Assembly: GCA_963620745.1 (NCBI GenBank)
Contig: CAVFBE010000065.1
Coordinates: 1-52,179 of the forward strand
From: Muribaculaceae bacterium
Lineage (GTDB): Bacteria > Bacillota > Clostridia > Oscillospirales > Acutalibacteraceae
Length of the DNA stretch: 52,179 nucleotides
Direction: 5' to 3'
The translations under genes and the position numbers were made by a program. How positions within the stretch are numbered: position 1 is the stretch's first letter; each line of letters starts with the position of its first letter. Shown here piece by piece: positions 27,048-37,975 of this stretch. The notes below the pieces were generated by a model. It searched no databases, was not told the DNA's origin, and saw nothing but the letters and a program-made list of their open reading frames with translations.

Positions 27048-28076
27048 TTATTTTACTGCCATTGTCTTATTGCTTTGCGCCGGTGTACCAGTGGCTTCGG
27101 CTTCCTTCATCTTTTGCAGCTCTTCCAGAATCAGGCGGGCGGTGTATTCGTCCGTAACCAGTTCGTTAATGTAGCCGTACTTGGCGGCAAAAATAACCGG
27201 GCGCACTTTGTGACTGCCTCTGGCGATGCAGAGCACATGCGGATTCTTCTGAATGTCATCCGCATTCATACTGGTCATCCGGAATGGTTCCGGCAGGGAG
27301 AGGCGGCGGCCGTCTTCATAATAGACGTTACCAAGCACATTGGCATGTGGACGGCTGAACACCTTCTGAATATTGAAGTCCTTTACCTGATCATAAAATT
27401 CAGTAAAGTAAGGATAATCCAGTGCAAATTGTCCGCCAACGCTGACCAGAACGGCATCCAGGTGCTTAAATTCTTCCTGCATGGCGTTTAATTTGCTTTT
27501 GTCAATGTCAGACAAATGGTTGGTATTGGTTACCATGGAGTAGTTATTGTAATGAACCTTGCCGCCAAATGCACTGGCAAGACGGTCACAGATAATGGTA
27601 CTTTGCAGGTAAGGATTATCTGTACCAACGTGACCGGAAACGGCGTAAAAGTCCATGTTATTGTCGGAAGGGTGTGCACTGATATTGGCGGTTGTCTGGT
27701 ACAACGTTTTTCCGACGCCAACCCCGATCTTATTAAACTTCGGCACCCATTTTTCAATATATCTGGCAGCAAAGAAGGTCAGCGCATCATCTGCGCTTTG
27801 GGAATCAATCTTTTTTAGCGGTAATTCCGGAGTAACCATAACCTGATTTAAATGAAGCTTGTCTTCCAGGCGGCGGGAGAGCTCATAGGCACGGGTACTA
27901 TCCGGGGCGGAGATTTCAATTTTGACAAAGCCTTCTTCTCTGGCAATCTTCAGAAGACGGGAAATCTGCGTACGATGAATATTTTCCTTCAACGCAATTT
28001 CCTGCTGGCTTAATTCGTCAATGTAATAATATTTGGCAATCCGGAGGATTGTCATAACATCATAATTTGGATTCAT
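27048..28076 (-). CDS. SorC/DeoR(CggR)-family sugar-binding transcriptional regulator
   Basis: 342 aa from the ATG behind AAAGGAG. N-terminal HTH LSQQEIALKENIHRTQISRLLKIAREEGFVKIEI and a C-terminal sugar-phosphate-binding domain. The 16-codon 5' extension is rejected. Confidence 0.8.
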   Translation of the reverse strand: MNPNYDVMTILRIAKYYYIDELSQQEIALKENIHRTQISRLLKIAREEGFVKIEISAPDSTRAYELSRRLEDKLHLNQVMVTPELPLKKIDSQSADDALTFFAARYIEKWVPKFNKIGVGVGKTLYQTTANISAHPSDNNMDFYAVSGHVGTDNPYLQSTIICDRLASAFGGKVHYNNYSMVTNTNHLSDIDKSKLNAMQEEFKHLDAVLVSVGGQFALDYPYFTEFYDQVKDFNIQKVFSRPHANVLGNVYYEDGRRLSLPEPFRMTSMNADDIQKNPHVLCIARGSHKVRPVIFAAKYGYINELVTDEYTARLILEELQKMKEAEATGTPAQSNKTMAVK

Positions 28077-28146
28077 TCTGCAAACTCCTTTCTGTACGCA
28101 TTCCATTATAAGGAGAAAATTCACATTTGTGCAAGATGTCTATTCG

Positions 28147-28168
28147 TTTTCTTTTTAACAAAAGAAAA
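28147..28168. promoter_or_regulatory. Candidate operator: 9-4-9 perfect inverted repeat in the divergent intergenic region
   Basis: TTTTCTTTT-TAAC-AAAAGAAAA. The sequence is A/T-homopolymer-rich, so its statistical weight is limited. Confidence 0.3.
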
Positions 28169-28275
28169 TTGTGGCAGTAACTGTAGCAGGTGTGCAAAAA
28201 GAAAGTAATCCTCTTGTTCCATACAAATTTCGGCTTTATGATAAAGGGTAACCAAATTGCTGTTAGGAGCCCAAA

Positions 28276-30048
28276 ATGAGTTTATCTAAGATCCAAAAGA
28301 GAATAACAGCCCTGGATCCGTCCATTACGGTCACGGAAGAACGGGGCTGTATTGTTTTGTGCGGAGAAGTAGAGGATTGGGATACAGTGGTGAAAGCCGG
28401 CAGTCTGGCAGTGGATAAAAAACACTACTACGGTGTAGTAAATGATATTCGGCTAAAAGGCTTTCAGGAAACTGTGCGTGCCCCCAAAATTCGTGACCAA
28501 AAATTGGATGGGGCCCAGCCGGACGTTCTGGTCATTGGGGCCGGTATTACCGGCTGCTGTATTGCCAGAGAACTGTCTCGCTGGGACTTGAACGTTCTTG
28601 TAGTAGACCGTGGCTCCGACGTTGCAGAGGGTGCCACAAAGGCAAACGGCGGGGTTGTCCATGCCGGTGTCAACTTTGGAAAGCACTCCCAGAAACACTA
28701 TTACAATGCCCGTGGCAATGCCATGTATCAGCAGCTGTCGGAAGAGCTGCATTTTCCGCTGGAACAAAAGGGCCAGGTCATGCTGGATGTGGACAAATGG
28801 GAGCGGCTGATTGTAAAGTACCTTGCCCGGAACGCCAAAAAGAATCTGGATATGCCCAATGTGCGTTATTTAAAGTTGCCTGAGCTCCACAAAATAGAGC
28901 CACATGTACCGGACTTCTTTGATGGTGGCATGTTTCTTCCTATTGCCGGTGTTACATCACCGTACGGTGTCTGCATTGCCATGGCGGAAAATGCCGTACA
29001 GAACGGAGCTCACTTTTCATTAGAAACCATGGTAGAAGGCATGACTGTGGAGGTGGGGAAGATTACTTCTGTTCAAACCAACCGCGGTACACTGTACCCG
29101 AAAGTGGTTTGCAATGCCGCCGGAATTTATGCAGATAAAATTGCCGAAATGGCAGGGGACCGAACATTTACCATTCATCCCCGCCGCGGCACAGACATTA
29201 TTACGGATGCCAAGGCCGGATACCTGGTAAACACCAGCATGGCCAAGGCGCCGTTTGCCGTCATGCCGAATGAAAAACCGGAAGTCAAGGGAAAGCCCTG
29301 GAAGTATGTCCAAAAGGTTTTATGGGCTTTGGGAAGCCAGAACCATACCAAGGGCGTTGGGCTCATCCACTCAGTATATGGAAATATGCTGGTGGGCCCC
29401 AATGCCACCGAAACGCCGGAACGGGAAAACACGGAAACCCGAGCAGAAGAGTTTCAGGCTATTATGGAAATGCAACGCAAACTTTGCCCGGAATTGAAGT
29501 ATGAAGATGTCATAGCTTACTTTACCGGGGTGCGTGCTACTCTTTATGAAGAAGATTTCTGCGTCCGAAAAGGCCTCTTTACTGAAAATATGATGGAAGC
29601 GGCGGGAATTCAATCGCCGGGGATAACGGCAGCTCCTGCCATTGGACAGGACATGGCTACCTGGTGCGTAGAGTACTTGGAACAAAGCGGAGAAACCGTT
29701 CGTCCAAATACTGGCTTCAACCCGGAGCGGAAACCAATTCCCTGTTTGAAGAACATGACGCCGGAAGAACGAAACCAGCTGATTCGCCGGAATCCGGATT
29801 ATGGCATCATTGTTTGCCGCTGCGAAGAGGTTTCCAAAGGGGAAATTCTGGACGCTTTAAATTCCGGACTTTGTGTTCCCACGGTGGACGGAATTAAACG
29901 CAGGCTCCGGCCGGGAATGGGACGCTGTCAGGGCGGATTCTGCAGTCCTCTGGTGATACAGATTATTGCAAAACACCAAGGCATCCCGGTTTCGGAAGTA
30001 CGGAAGGATACAGAAGATTCGGTTATTCTTTTCGGAACAACCAAATAG
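28276..30048 (+). CDS. FAD-dependent oxidoreductase (GlpA/LhgO-like) with an N-terminal BON-like domain and a C-terminal BFD-like [2Fe-2S] domain
   Basis: 590 aa. Residues about 10-65 (ITVTEERGCIVLCGEVEDWDTVVKAGSLAVDKKHYYGVVNDIRLKG) fit the BON pattern. Also a dinucleotide fold DVLVIGAGITGCCIAREL and a C-terminal CRCEEVSKGEILDAL...GMGRCQGGFC. Confidence 0.75.
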   Translation: MSLSKIQKRITALDPSITVTEERGCIVLCGEVEDWDTVVKAGSLAVDKKHYYGVVNDIRLKGFQETVRAPKIRDQKLDGAQPDVLVIGAGITGCCIARELSRWDLNVLVVDRGSDVAEGATKANGGVVHAGVNFGKHSQKHYYNARGNAMYQQLSEELHFPLEQKGQVMLDVDKWERLIVKYLARNAKKNLDMPNVRYLKLPELHKIEPHVPDFFDGGMFLPIAGVTSPYGVCIAMAENAVQNGAHFSLETMVEGMTVEVGKITSVQTNRGTLYPKVVCNAAGIYADKIAEMAGDRTFTIHPRRGTDIITDAKAGYLVNTSMAKAPFAVMPNEKPEVKGKPWKYVQKVLWALGSQNHTKGVGLIHSVYGNMLVGPNATETPERENTETRAEEFQAIMEMQRKLCPELKYEDVIAYFTGVRATLYEEDFCVRKGLFTENMMEAAGIQSPGITAAPAIGQDMATWCVEYLEQSGETVRPNTGFNPERKPIPCLKNMTPEERNQLIRRNPDYGIIVCRCEEVSKGEILDALNSGLCVPTVDGIKRRLRPGMGRCQGGFCSPLVIQIIAKHQGIPVSEVRKDTEDSVILFGTTK

Positions 30049-30100
30049 GGGAACCATAAAAAACAAAAATGACCCAGTATAAAAACCCCAACATAGAAAA

Positions 30101-30138
30101 GAACTCCCGTTACAGACGTTTCTCTGTAGCGGGAGTTT
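30101..30138. terminator. Terminator between the convergent oxidoreductase and GH2 genes
   Basis: 14-bp stem AACTCCCGTTACAG / CTGTAGCGGGAGTT with an 8-nt loop, followed by TTTT(CC). Confidence 0.75.
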
Positions 30139-30198
30139 TCCTTGTTGGTTAGAACGGCTGATTTCTCAGGCCGTTTCTTCAGCTTCACATTTCACAAA

Positions 30199-31926
30199 TT
30201 ACAGTTTTACTCTGTCATTGACAGCCTTAACGCGGGCACGGTCCAGTTTTTCCACCTTGCGGTCATAGGTAATAAGACCGTTAATTTCGCCTTCTACGTC
30301 AGATACCTGCGTAAAGACAGTGGCAGAAAGTCCTCTTGGAATATTCCGGATAATGCGCTTTTCAAAGATTTTTTCATAGGCGCGCATTAAGGCTTCGTCT
30401 GTGAAATACATCCGGTATCCAAACAGCAGCTTCCGGAACATGTGGCCCTTGGTCATCTTGGAGAAGCCACCGAATTCATCCAGTAGGTAACAGCGGTCAT
30501 CCTTCGGAACATAAACCGGGGTAAAGTAGATGTGCCGGGTAACAAAGTCGGATTCCTTCTGATCATGCCATCCGGAGGTGCGGTCAATGGTTCTGGTCGG
30601 GTCATATTCTGCAACCATTTCCGAAATCTTGTTGGCATCAAACTGGCCCCAGCCTTCATTGAACGGAACCCACATGGCAAGGGAAACCACGTTGATGAGC
30701 TGATGCATGGTGTCATACAGGTCTTTGACATATTCATTCCGGCCAGCTTCGTCGGCACGGCCGAAGATTTTATAATTCTTTTCGCCGTCATCCAGGTTGA
30801 CGGTCAGAAACGGCAACACGGCAATAACCAGCGGGTTGTAGGCGGTACCGCCATTAACCATATCCTGCCATACCAGCATGCCTTCCTTGTCACAGAGATA
30901 GTACCAGTAAAGCGGTTCAATCTTGATGTGCTTCCGGATCATGTTAAAGCCCATGTCCTTCAGCATGTGAATATCATATTCCATGGCGCTTTTGGTGGGT
31001 GGGGTCAGCATACCGTCAGACCAGTAACCCTGATCCAGAACGCCATTGTGGAAGTATGGCTTGTTGTTCAGTAACAGGCGCTGCTTTCCGTCCGCATCCG
31101 GACCAACGCCGAATTTACGCATACCAAAGTAAGATTTAATGGTGTCCTGGTCTGCGGTAATTTCCAGATTATATAACTTTGGATTCTCCGGGGACCAGCA
31201 TTCATATTGCGGGAGGGGAATGACAATTTCTTTTTGTCCTTTTCCTTCGGCGATGCAGTTGCCTTCGTCCAATACTTTTACTGTAACTTCCGAAGCTTTG
31301 GTTTCTACAGTAAGGCGGACTTCGTTTTTGTCAATGTCCGGTACAATGCGCAGGTCTTCTACGTAATTTGCCGGAACGGATTCCATCCAGACCGTCTGCC
31401 AGATGCCGGACTGTGGGGTATAAAAGATACCGGCAGGGGAAGAGGACTGCTTGCCTCTGGCGTGGTAACTGGTGTCAGACGGGTCTTTGACTACCAATTC
31501 AATGATGTTATTGCCAAGCTGAATGGCCTTGCTGATATCCAGCGTAAAGGCAAAGAATCCGCCCTGGTGGTAACCGACTTTTAAGTGGTTTAAAAAGACT
31601 TCACATTCGTAATCCACGGCACCGAAGTGAAGCAGGGTTTTGTCCTTTAAAAAGTCTTCTTCCACTACAAAATTTCTTCTGTAGTAAAGGGTGTCCGTCG
31701 GGGTAACAATTTTGTTGACCCCGGACAGCAGCGCTTCCGGTGAAAACGGTACCAGAATATTGCCCTGATATCCCTGAAAAGCCTGATCAGACGGATAAAT
31801 GGCATATTCCCAGGTTCCGTTCAGATTATAAAAGGAACTGCGTTCCAGCTGCGGTCTGGGGTAATAATCGTCATGCGGAACGGCACCTACTTCGTCAAAA
31901 AACTTTGACTTCATCATGTGTCCCAT
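30199..31926 (-). CDS. Glycoside hydrolase family 2 protein (short, 575 aa; specificity unknown)
   Basis: N-terminal sugar-binding domain (LNGTWEY...), GAVDYECEVFLNH, and a TIM barrel with the WVPFNEGWGQFD acid/base region. RBS AGGAGG lies 7 nt from the ATG. Confidence 0.8.
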   Translation of the reverse strand: MGHMMKSKFFDEVGAVPHDDYYPRPQLERSSFYNLNGTWEYAIYPSDQAFQGYQGNILVPFSPEALLSGVNKIVTPTDTLYYRRNFVVEEDFLKDKTLLHFGAVDYECEVFLNHLKVGYHQGGFFAFTLDISKAIQLGNNIIELVVKDPSDTSYHARGKQSSSPAGIFYTPQSGIWQTVWMESVPANYVEDLRIVPDIDKNEVRLTVETKASEVTVKVLDEGNCIAEGKGQKEIVIPLPQYECWSPENPKLYNLEITADQDTIKSYFGMRKFGVGPDADGKQRLLLNNKPYFHNGVLDQGYWSDGMLTPPTKSAMEYDIHMLKDMGFNMIRKHIKIEPLYWYYLCDKEGMLVWQDMVNGGTAYNPLVIAVLPFLTVNLDDGEKNYKIFGRADEAGRNEYVKDLYDTMHQLINVVSLAMWVPFNEGWGQFDANKISEMVAEYDPTRTIDRTSGWHDQKESDFVTRHIYFTPVYVPKDDRCYLLDEFGGFSKMTKGHMFRKLLFGYRMYFTDEALMRAYEKIFEKRIIRNIPRGLSATVFTQVSDVEGEINGLITYDRKVEKLDRARVKAVNDRVKL

Positions 31927-31976
31927 TTGTTTTCCTCCTACAAAAATTTAACAAAATCATACAAGTAAAGTATACC

Positions 31977-32013
31977 GAAAAAATCCCCGTTTGGATAGAC
32001 TCCAAACGGGGAT
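31977..32013 (-). terminator. Rho-independent terminator of groES-groEL
   Basis: ATCCCCGTTTGGA-TAGAC-TCCAAACGGGGAT, a 13-bp stem. On the minus strand it is followed by TTTTTTT. Confidence 0.85.
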
Positions 32014-32035
32014 AGAGGAAAAAGGTCAGTAGGAA

Positions 32036-33990
<1,955 letters not shown>

Positions 33991-34037
33991 AACGCCTACC
34001 TCCAATATAATTAAGTATAAGATGATACTGAGTTGTG

Positions 34038-34064
34038 TTAGCACTCATTATTCCTGAGTGCTAA
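34038..34064 (-). promoter_or_regulatory. CIRCE operator (HrcA binding site)
   Basis: TTAGCACTC-N9-GAGTGCTAA, a perfect match to the CIRCE consensus, located between the promoter and groES. Confidence 0.95.
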
Positions 34065-34068
34065 ATTA

Positions 34069-34096
34069 ATTATAAGCACCTTGTAAAAAAAATCAA
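34069..34096 (-). promoter_or_regulatory. Sigma-A promoter of groES-groEL
   Basis: On the minus strand: TTGATT (34096-34091), 16-nt spacer, TATAAT (34074-34069), directly abutting CIRCE. Confidence 0.65.
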
Positions 34097-34170
34097 TAGT
34101 TAAATTGCTTTCTTTTTCAAGTTATAGTATTTTATAAATAATCTTGATTTTTCAATTTGTGGGAGTTGTT

Positions 34171-35529
34171 ATGGCAACCGAAAAAACATACAAACAGAAT
34201 GACTGGCTGAATCGCCTCCGAACTTTCTTTGCTGGGGACATATTCGGCTTTCTTTTGGTGCTCCTGGCTGTACTGGTGGTCTGTTTCAATCAGTACGTCT
34301 ATGGGGCTGTTTTATTTGCCTTTCTGGTTTCTGCCTTACTTTTGCTCTGCAGTGACATCATTACCGTCTTTTTGCCGGTCATGCTCCTGATTGCGTTTGT
34401 CATTCAGGCCAAAAACTCTTATAACGCATTTATGGAAGTCACTTGGGCTGTGCCCCCGGTGGCGCTTTGTTTTTGTTTGCATCCCATTCTTTACCGGAAA
34501 CTGCATCGCCCGAAAAAAGGGGAGTTATTCCTGCCCATCCTGCTGATTTCCTGCACCATGTTCCTGGGTGGACTTGGCAGCATTACGGCAGCAGAATATT
34601 TCCGCCCCATTTCCCTGGCCTATATGTTCTCTCTTGGTTTTATGATCCTGTTTTTCTACTGGGATTTCGGTTCTATTATTTATCCCGGCACCAATGGGGA
34701 AAAAGAGATCGGCCAGCGGATTGCCAAGCAGTTCTGTTTCCTGATTCTGTTTCTGGCCCTTGCCGTGCTGGAGTATTATGTAGAGCACCGGAGTGAATTC
34801 CTTGCGGACCCGGGCATTCTGCCGTTCCAATGGCGCAATAACGCGTGCACTATGCTGATGATTGCCATGCCGTTTACCTTTTACCTGGCGATGCAGCATC
34901 CCGTCTGTTATTTTGGCTTATCTTTAATTAGTATGGGTACCATTGTCATGACCGGTTCGCGCGGGGGCCTGGTCTTCGGCGCGGTAGAGTTTGGTCTTTT
35001 ACTGATTTACTTTGCAGTAAAGGATAAGAAGCACCGGAAGTTTTATCTGACCATAACCGGCGTTATTCTTTTAGCATTCTTATGTCTGATTCCGCGCATG
35101 GCAGATTTCCTGGATTATACCCTGCAACGCTTCACCAGCCAGGGCGAAAATGCCATTCGCCTGGGTCTGTGGAAGCGTTCCGTAGAAGATTTCCTGTCCA
35201 ACCCGCTCACCGGGCGTGGCCTTGCCTACATGGGGAACCGGGATCTTCATCATTCGGCTACGGCCACGTTGTGCTGGTACCATTCCACGGTGCCGCAGAT
35301 TATCGGCAGCTTTGGTATCCTGGGAATTCTTGCTTTTGGATACCAATACTATATGCGCATCCGCTTTTTCCATCGCAGAAAAAGCCTGTTTTCCAGAACC
35401 GTCCTGTTTTCCTGGATTGGTCTGGAGTTGATGTCTTTGGTCAACCCGGGCATTTTTGTCCCGATTTATTTACTTTATATTACGGTTCTCTTTGTCCTAG
35501 TAGAGAACTATGAAACAACACAGGAGTGA
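34171..35529 (+). CDS. O-antigen ligase (Wzy_C)-family polytopic membrane protein
   Basis: About 452 aa with at least 10 TM helices. Motifs TGSRGGLVFGA and WYHSTVPQIIGSFGILG are typical of Wzy_C/O-antigen-ligase-like proteins. The start is placed at ATG 34171 behind GGGAG. Confidence 0.65.
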   Translation: MATEKTYKQNDWLNRLRTFFAGDIFGFLLVLLAVLVVCFNQYVYGAVLFAFLVSALLLLCSDIITVFLPVMLLIAFVIQAKNSYNAFMEVTWAVPPVALCFCLHPILYRKLHRPKKGELFLPILLISCTMFLGGLGSITAAEYFRPISLAYMFSLGFMILFFYWDFGSIIYPGTNGEKEIGQRIAKQFCFLILFLALAVLEYYVEHRSEFLADPGILPFQWRNNACTMLMIAMPFTFYLAMQHPVCYFGLSLISMGTIVMTGSRGGLVFGAVEFGLLLIYFAVKDKKHRKFYLTITGVILLAFLCLIPRMADFLDYTLQRFTSQGENAIRLGLWKRSVEDFLSNPLTGRGLAYMGNRDLHHSATATLCWYHSTVPQIIGSFGILGILAFGYQYYMRIRFFHRRKSLFSRTVLFSWIGLELMSLVNPGIFVPIYLLYITVLFVLVENYETTQE

Positions 35530-35539
35530 TTTTTTCTTT

Positions 35540-36808
35540 ATGGACAGTAACAGTACTGGCTTACTTATTGTACTCATTGTATGCATTCTCTTTTCCGCGT
35601 TCTTTTCAGCGTCGGAAACCGCCTTTTCCACTGCAAACCGGATTCGTCTGAAATCTTTGGAGCAGGAGGGAAAGAAAAAAGCCGGCAAAGTTCTGAAAAT
35701 TCTGGATGACTATGACAGCTTGTTATCCACCCTTTTAATCGGGAACAACATTGTGAACATCAGCGCATCCTCCATTTCCACGGTTCTGTTTATCCGTGCC
35801 CTGGGAGATATTGGTGCCACCTGGTCTACGGTTGTTTTAACGGTTGTTATTTTGATTTTTGGCGAAATTACGCCGAAAAGTATTGCCAAAGAAGTGCCGG
35901 AAAGCTTTTCCATGGCTGTTTCCGGACCTATCTGGGTATTCATGAAAATCTTCATGCCGTTAAATAAGGTCTTTGGTTTGTGGAAGAAGCTGGTCAAGAA
36001 AGTGCTTCATTTGAACTCGGAAGACAAGATTACAGAAGACGAGTTTATGACCATGGTAGAAGAAGCTGAAAACGACGGCGGTATTTCCGAAGATGACAGC
36101 GAATTAATTAAAAACGTCATGGACTTCAATGACATGGAAGTGCAGGAAGTTCTGACCCCGCGCGTAGATGTTATTGCCATTCCAATAACGGCCTCCGTTC
36201 GGGAAATTGAAGATGTGTTCCGGGAATCTGATTTTACCAGACTGCCGGTTTACCAGGAAAATCTGGACGACATTGTCGGCTATATTCATCAGAAAGACTT
36301 TGCAGAAGATGTGGTGCGTGGGAAATCCACTATCCAGGACATTCTGCAGCCGGTTCTGTATGTAGCGCCTTCCATGAAAATTGCTAAGGTGCTGGAGCTG
36401 CTGAAGGCAGAGCATGACCACATTGCCGTTGTAACAGATGAATTTGGCGGCACAGACGGCATTATTACCATGGAAGATATCCTGGAAGAACTGGTCGGCG
36501 AAATTTACGACGAACACGACGAAGAGGAACAGGAACCCATTGCCGTCAAAGATGACATTTATGAAATTGGCTGTAGCATGCCGTTGGATGACTTCTTTGA
36601 ACTGTTCCACATGGAAGAACCGGAATCGGAATCCAATACGGTTGCCGGCTGGGTCATTGAACAGTTTGGCGAAATCCCGACACCGGGACAGCAGTTTACT
36701 TATAAGAACCTGGAAATTACCGCAAAAACGGTGGACGCCAGAAAAATTGATATGATTACCGTAAAGGTGTTACCGGAAGATGAAGAGCATCCAGATACAG
36801 AAGAATGA
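35540..36808 (+). CDS. CNNM/hemolysin-family transporter (DUF21, CBS pair and CorC_HlyC domains)
   Basis: DUF21 start LLIVLIVCILFSAFFSASETAF, a CBS pair region, and a C-terminal CorC_HlyC (TVAGWVIEQFGEIPTPGQ). An alternative start at ATG 35510 cannot be excluded. Confidence 0.8.
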   Translation: MDSNSTGLLIVLIVCILFSAFFSASETAFSTANRIRLKSLEQEGKKKAGKVLKILDDYDSLLSTLLIGNNIVNISASSISTVLFIRALGDIGATWSTVVLTVVILIFGEITPKSIAKEVPESFSMAVSGPIWVFMKIFMPLNKVFGLWKKLVKKVLHLNSEDKITEDEFMTMVEEAENDGGISEDDSELIKNVMDFNDMEVQEVLTPRVDVIAIPITASVREIEDVFRESDFTRLPVYQENLDDIVGYIHQKDFAEDVVRGKSTIQDILQPVLYVAPSMKIAKVLELLKAEHDHIAVVTDEFGGTDGIITMEDILEELVGEIYDEHDEEEQEPIAVKDDIYEIGCSMPLDDFFELFHMEEPESESNTVAGWVIEQFGEIPTPGQQFTYKNLEITAKTVDARKIDMITVKVLPEDEEHPDTEE

Positions 36809-37739
36809 CGCGGACCAGCGCCTGGATAAGTTTCTGACCAAGTCTTATCCTAATTTACCCCAGTCCCTGCTTTACAAATACATTCGGAAAAAGCGGGTCA
36901 AGGTAAACGGAAAGCGTGCGGAAATTTCCACACGACTGGCGGTCGGGGACCAGGTGGACTTATACATTAATGATGAGTTTCTGGAACCGCCCGAACCGAA
37001 ATACGACTTTTTACATGCCGGCACCAAGCTGCAGATTCTTTATGAAGATGACAATCTGCTGCTCTTAGACAAAAAGGTTGGTCTGCTTTGCCATCCGGAC
37101 CAGTCGGAATATGTAGACACCTTAATTACCAGGGTCAAACGGTACCTCTATGAAAAAGGGGAGTACCGTCCGGAGGAGGAAAACTCCTTTGCGCCGGCGC
37201 TGGTAAACCGGATTGACCGCAACACCGGCGGCATTGTTATGGCCGCCAAAAATGCGGAGACCCTCCGCATTTTAAATCAGAAGGTCAAAGACCGGGAATT
37301 GCATAAATACTATCTTTGCGTTGTCCATGGCAGGCCGGAACAGGACGCCGGTTTGCTCCAGGGCTGGCTCATCAAGGATGAAGACAAAAACAAGGTCACC
37401 ATCCGGCACAAGCCGGCGCCCGGCGCAAAAGAAATCCGCACGAAGTACCAGGTCCTGCGGTCAGAAAAGGGGCTTTCCCTGATTGAAGTAGAACTGCTGA
37501 CCGGCCGGACCCATCAGATTCGTGCCCATTTTGCCAGCATTGGCTGTCCACTTCTTGGAGACGGAAAGTATGGCAGCAACGCACAAAACAAAAAGCGGGG
37601 AGGGTATAAGAAGCAGTTTTTGTATTCCTACCGCTTAACCTTTGATTTCTCCACAGACGCCGGATGCCTGAATTACTTAAACCAGCGCAGCTTTGAAGTA
37701 CCATCTGTCTGGTTTGCGGAGCAGTTTCCAAACTTCTGA
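36780..37739 (+). CDS. RluA-family pseudouridine synthase with an N-terminal S4 domain
   Basis: 319 aa. S4-like RLDKFLTKSY...YIRKKRVKVNGKR, catalytic motif LVNRIDRNTGGIVM, and GRTHQIRAHF. Overlaps the preceding gene by 29 nt. Confidence 0.85.
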   Translation: MKSIQIQKNDADQRLDKFLTKSYPNLPQSLLYKYIRKKRVKVNGKRAEISTRLAVGDQVDLYINDEFLEPPEPKYDFLHAGTKLQILYEDDNLLLLDKKVGLLCHPDQSEYVDTLITRVKRYLYEKGEYRPEEENSFAPALVNRIDRNTGGIVMAAKNAETLRILNQKVKDRELHKYYLCVVHGRPEQDAGLLQGWLIKDEDKNKVTIRHKPAPGAKEIRTKYQVLRSEKGLSLIEVELLTGRTHQIRAHFASIGCPLLGDGKYGSNAQNKKRGGYKKQFLYSYRLTFDFSTDAGCLNYLNQRSFEVPSVWFAEQFPNF

Positions 37740-37835
37740 TTCTGCTACCTTACAGATCTGATTTGACACAATGAAAAAAGTGCCAAAAATAGACAAAAAC
37801 ACCCCTGGTGAGCTCAGATTCAATTGGCTATTTTG

Positions 37836-37864
37836 TTGACTTCCTTTGGGAATAATACTATAAT
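37836..37864 (+). promoter_or_regulatory. Near-consensus sigma-A promoter of the SCP2-like/aminotransferase operon
   Basis: TTGACT (37836-37841), 17-nt spacer, TATAAT (37859-37864). Confidence 0.65.
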
Positions 37865-37975
37865 TTTATCCGGATACAATTTCTTTTTAGGGAAATTGCA
37901 ATCCGTTCAGATGAAATGAAAACAGGGGTTCCCCCGAGCCTCGTTTTCGAAGATTATTATAAAGGAGGACTCCCT

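Noticed and set aside
36780-36808. The 29-nt overlap between the CNNM transporter and the RluA-family gene, considered as a possible frameshift or fusion.
   Set aside because: Both reading frames give complete, family-typical termini (the CorC_HlyC end and the S4-domain start). An ordinary overlap is the simpler explanation.
37771-37839. A 22-codon mini-ORF (MKKVPKIDKNTPGELRFNWLFC) upstream of the SCP2-like operon.
   Set aside because: It has no RBS, lies upstream of and overlaps the -35 box of the predicted promoter, and is probably not transcribed with the operon.
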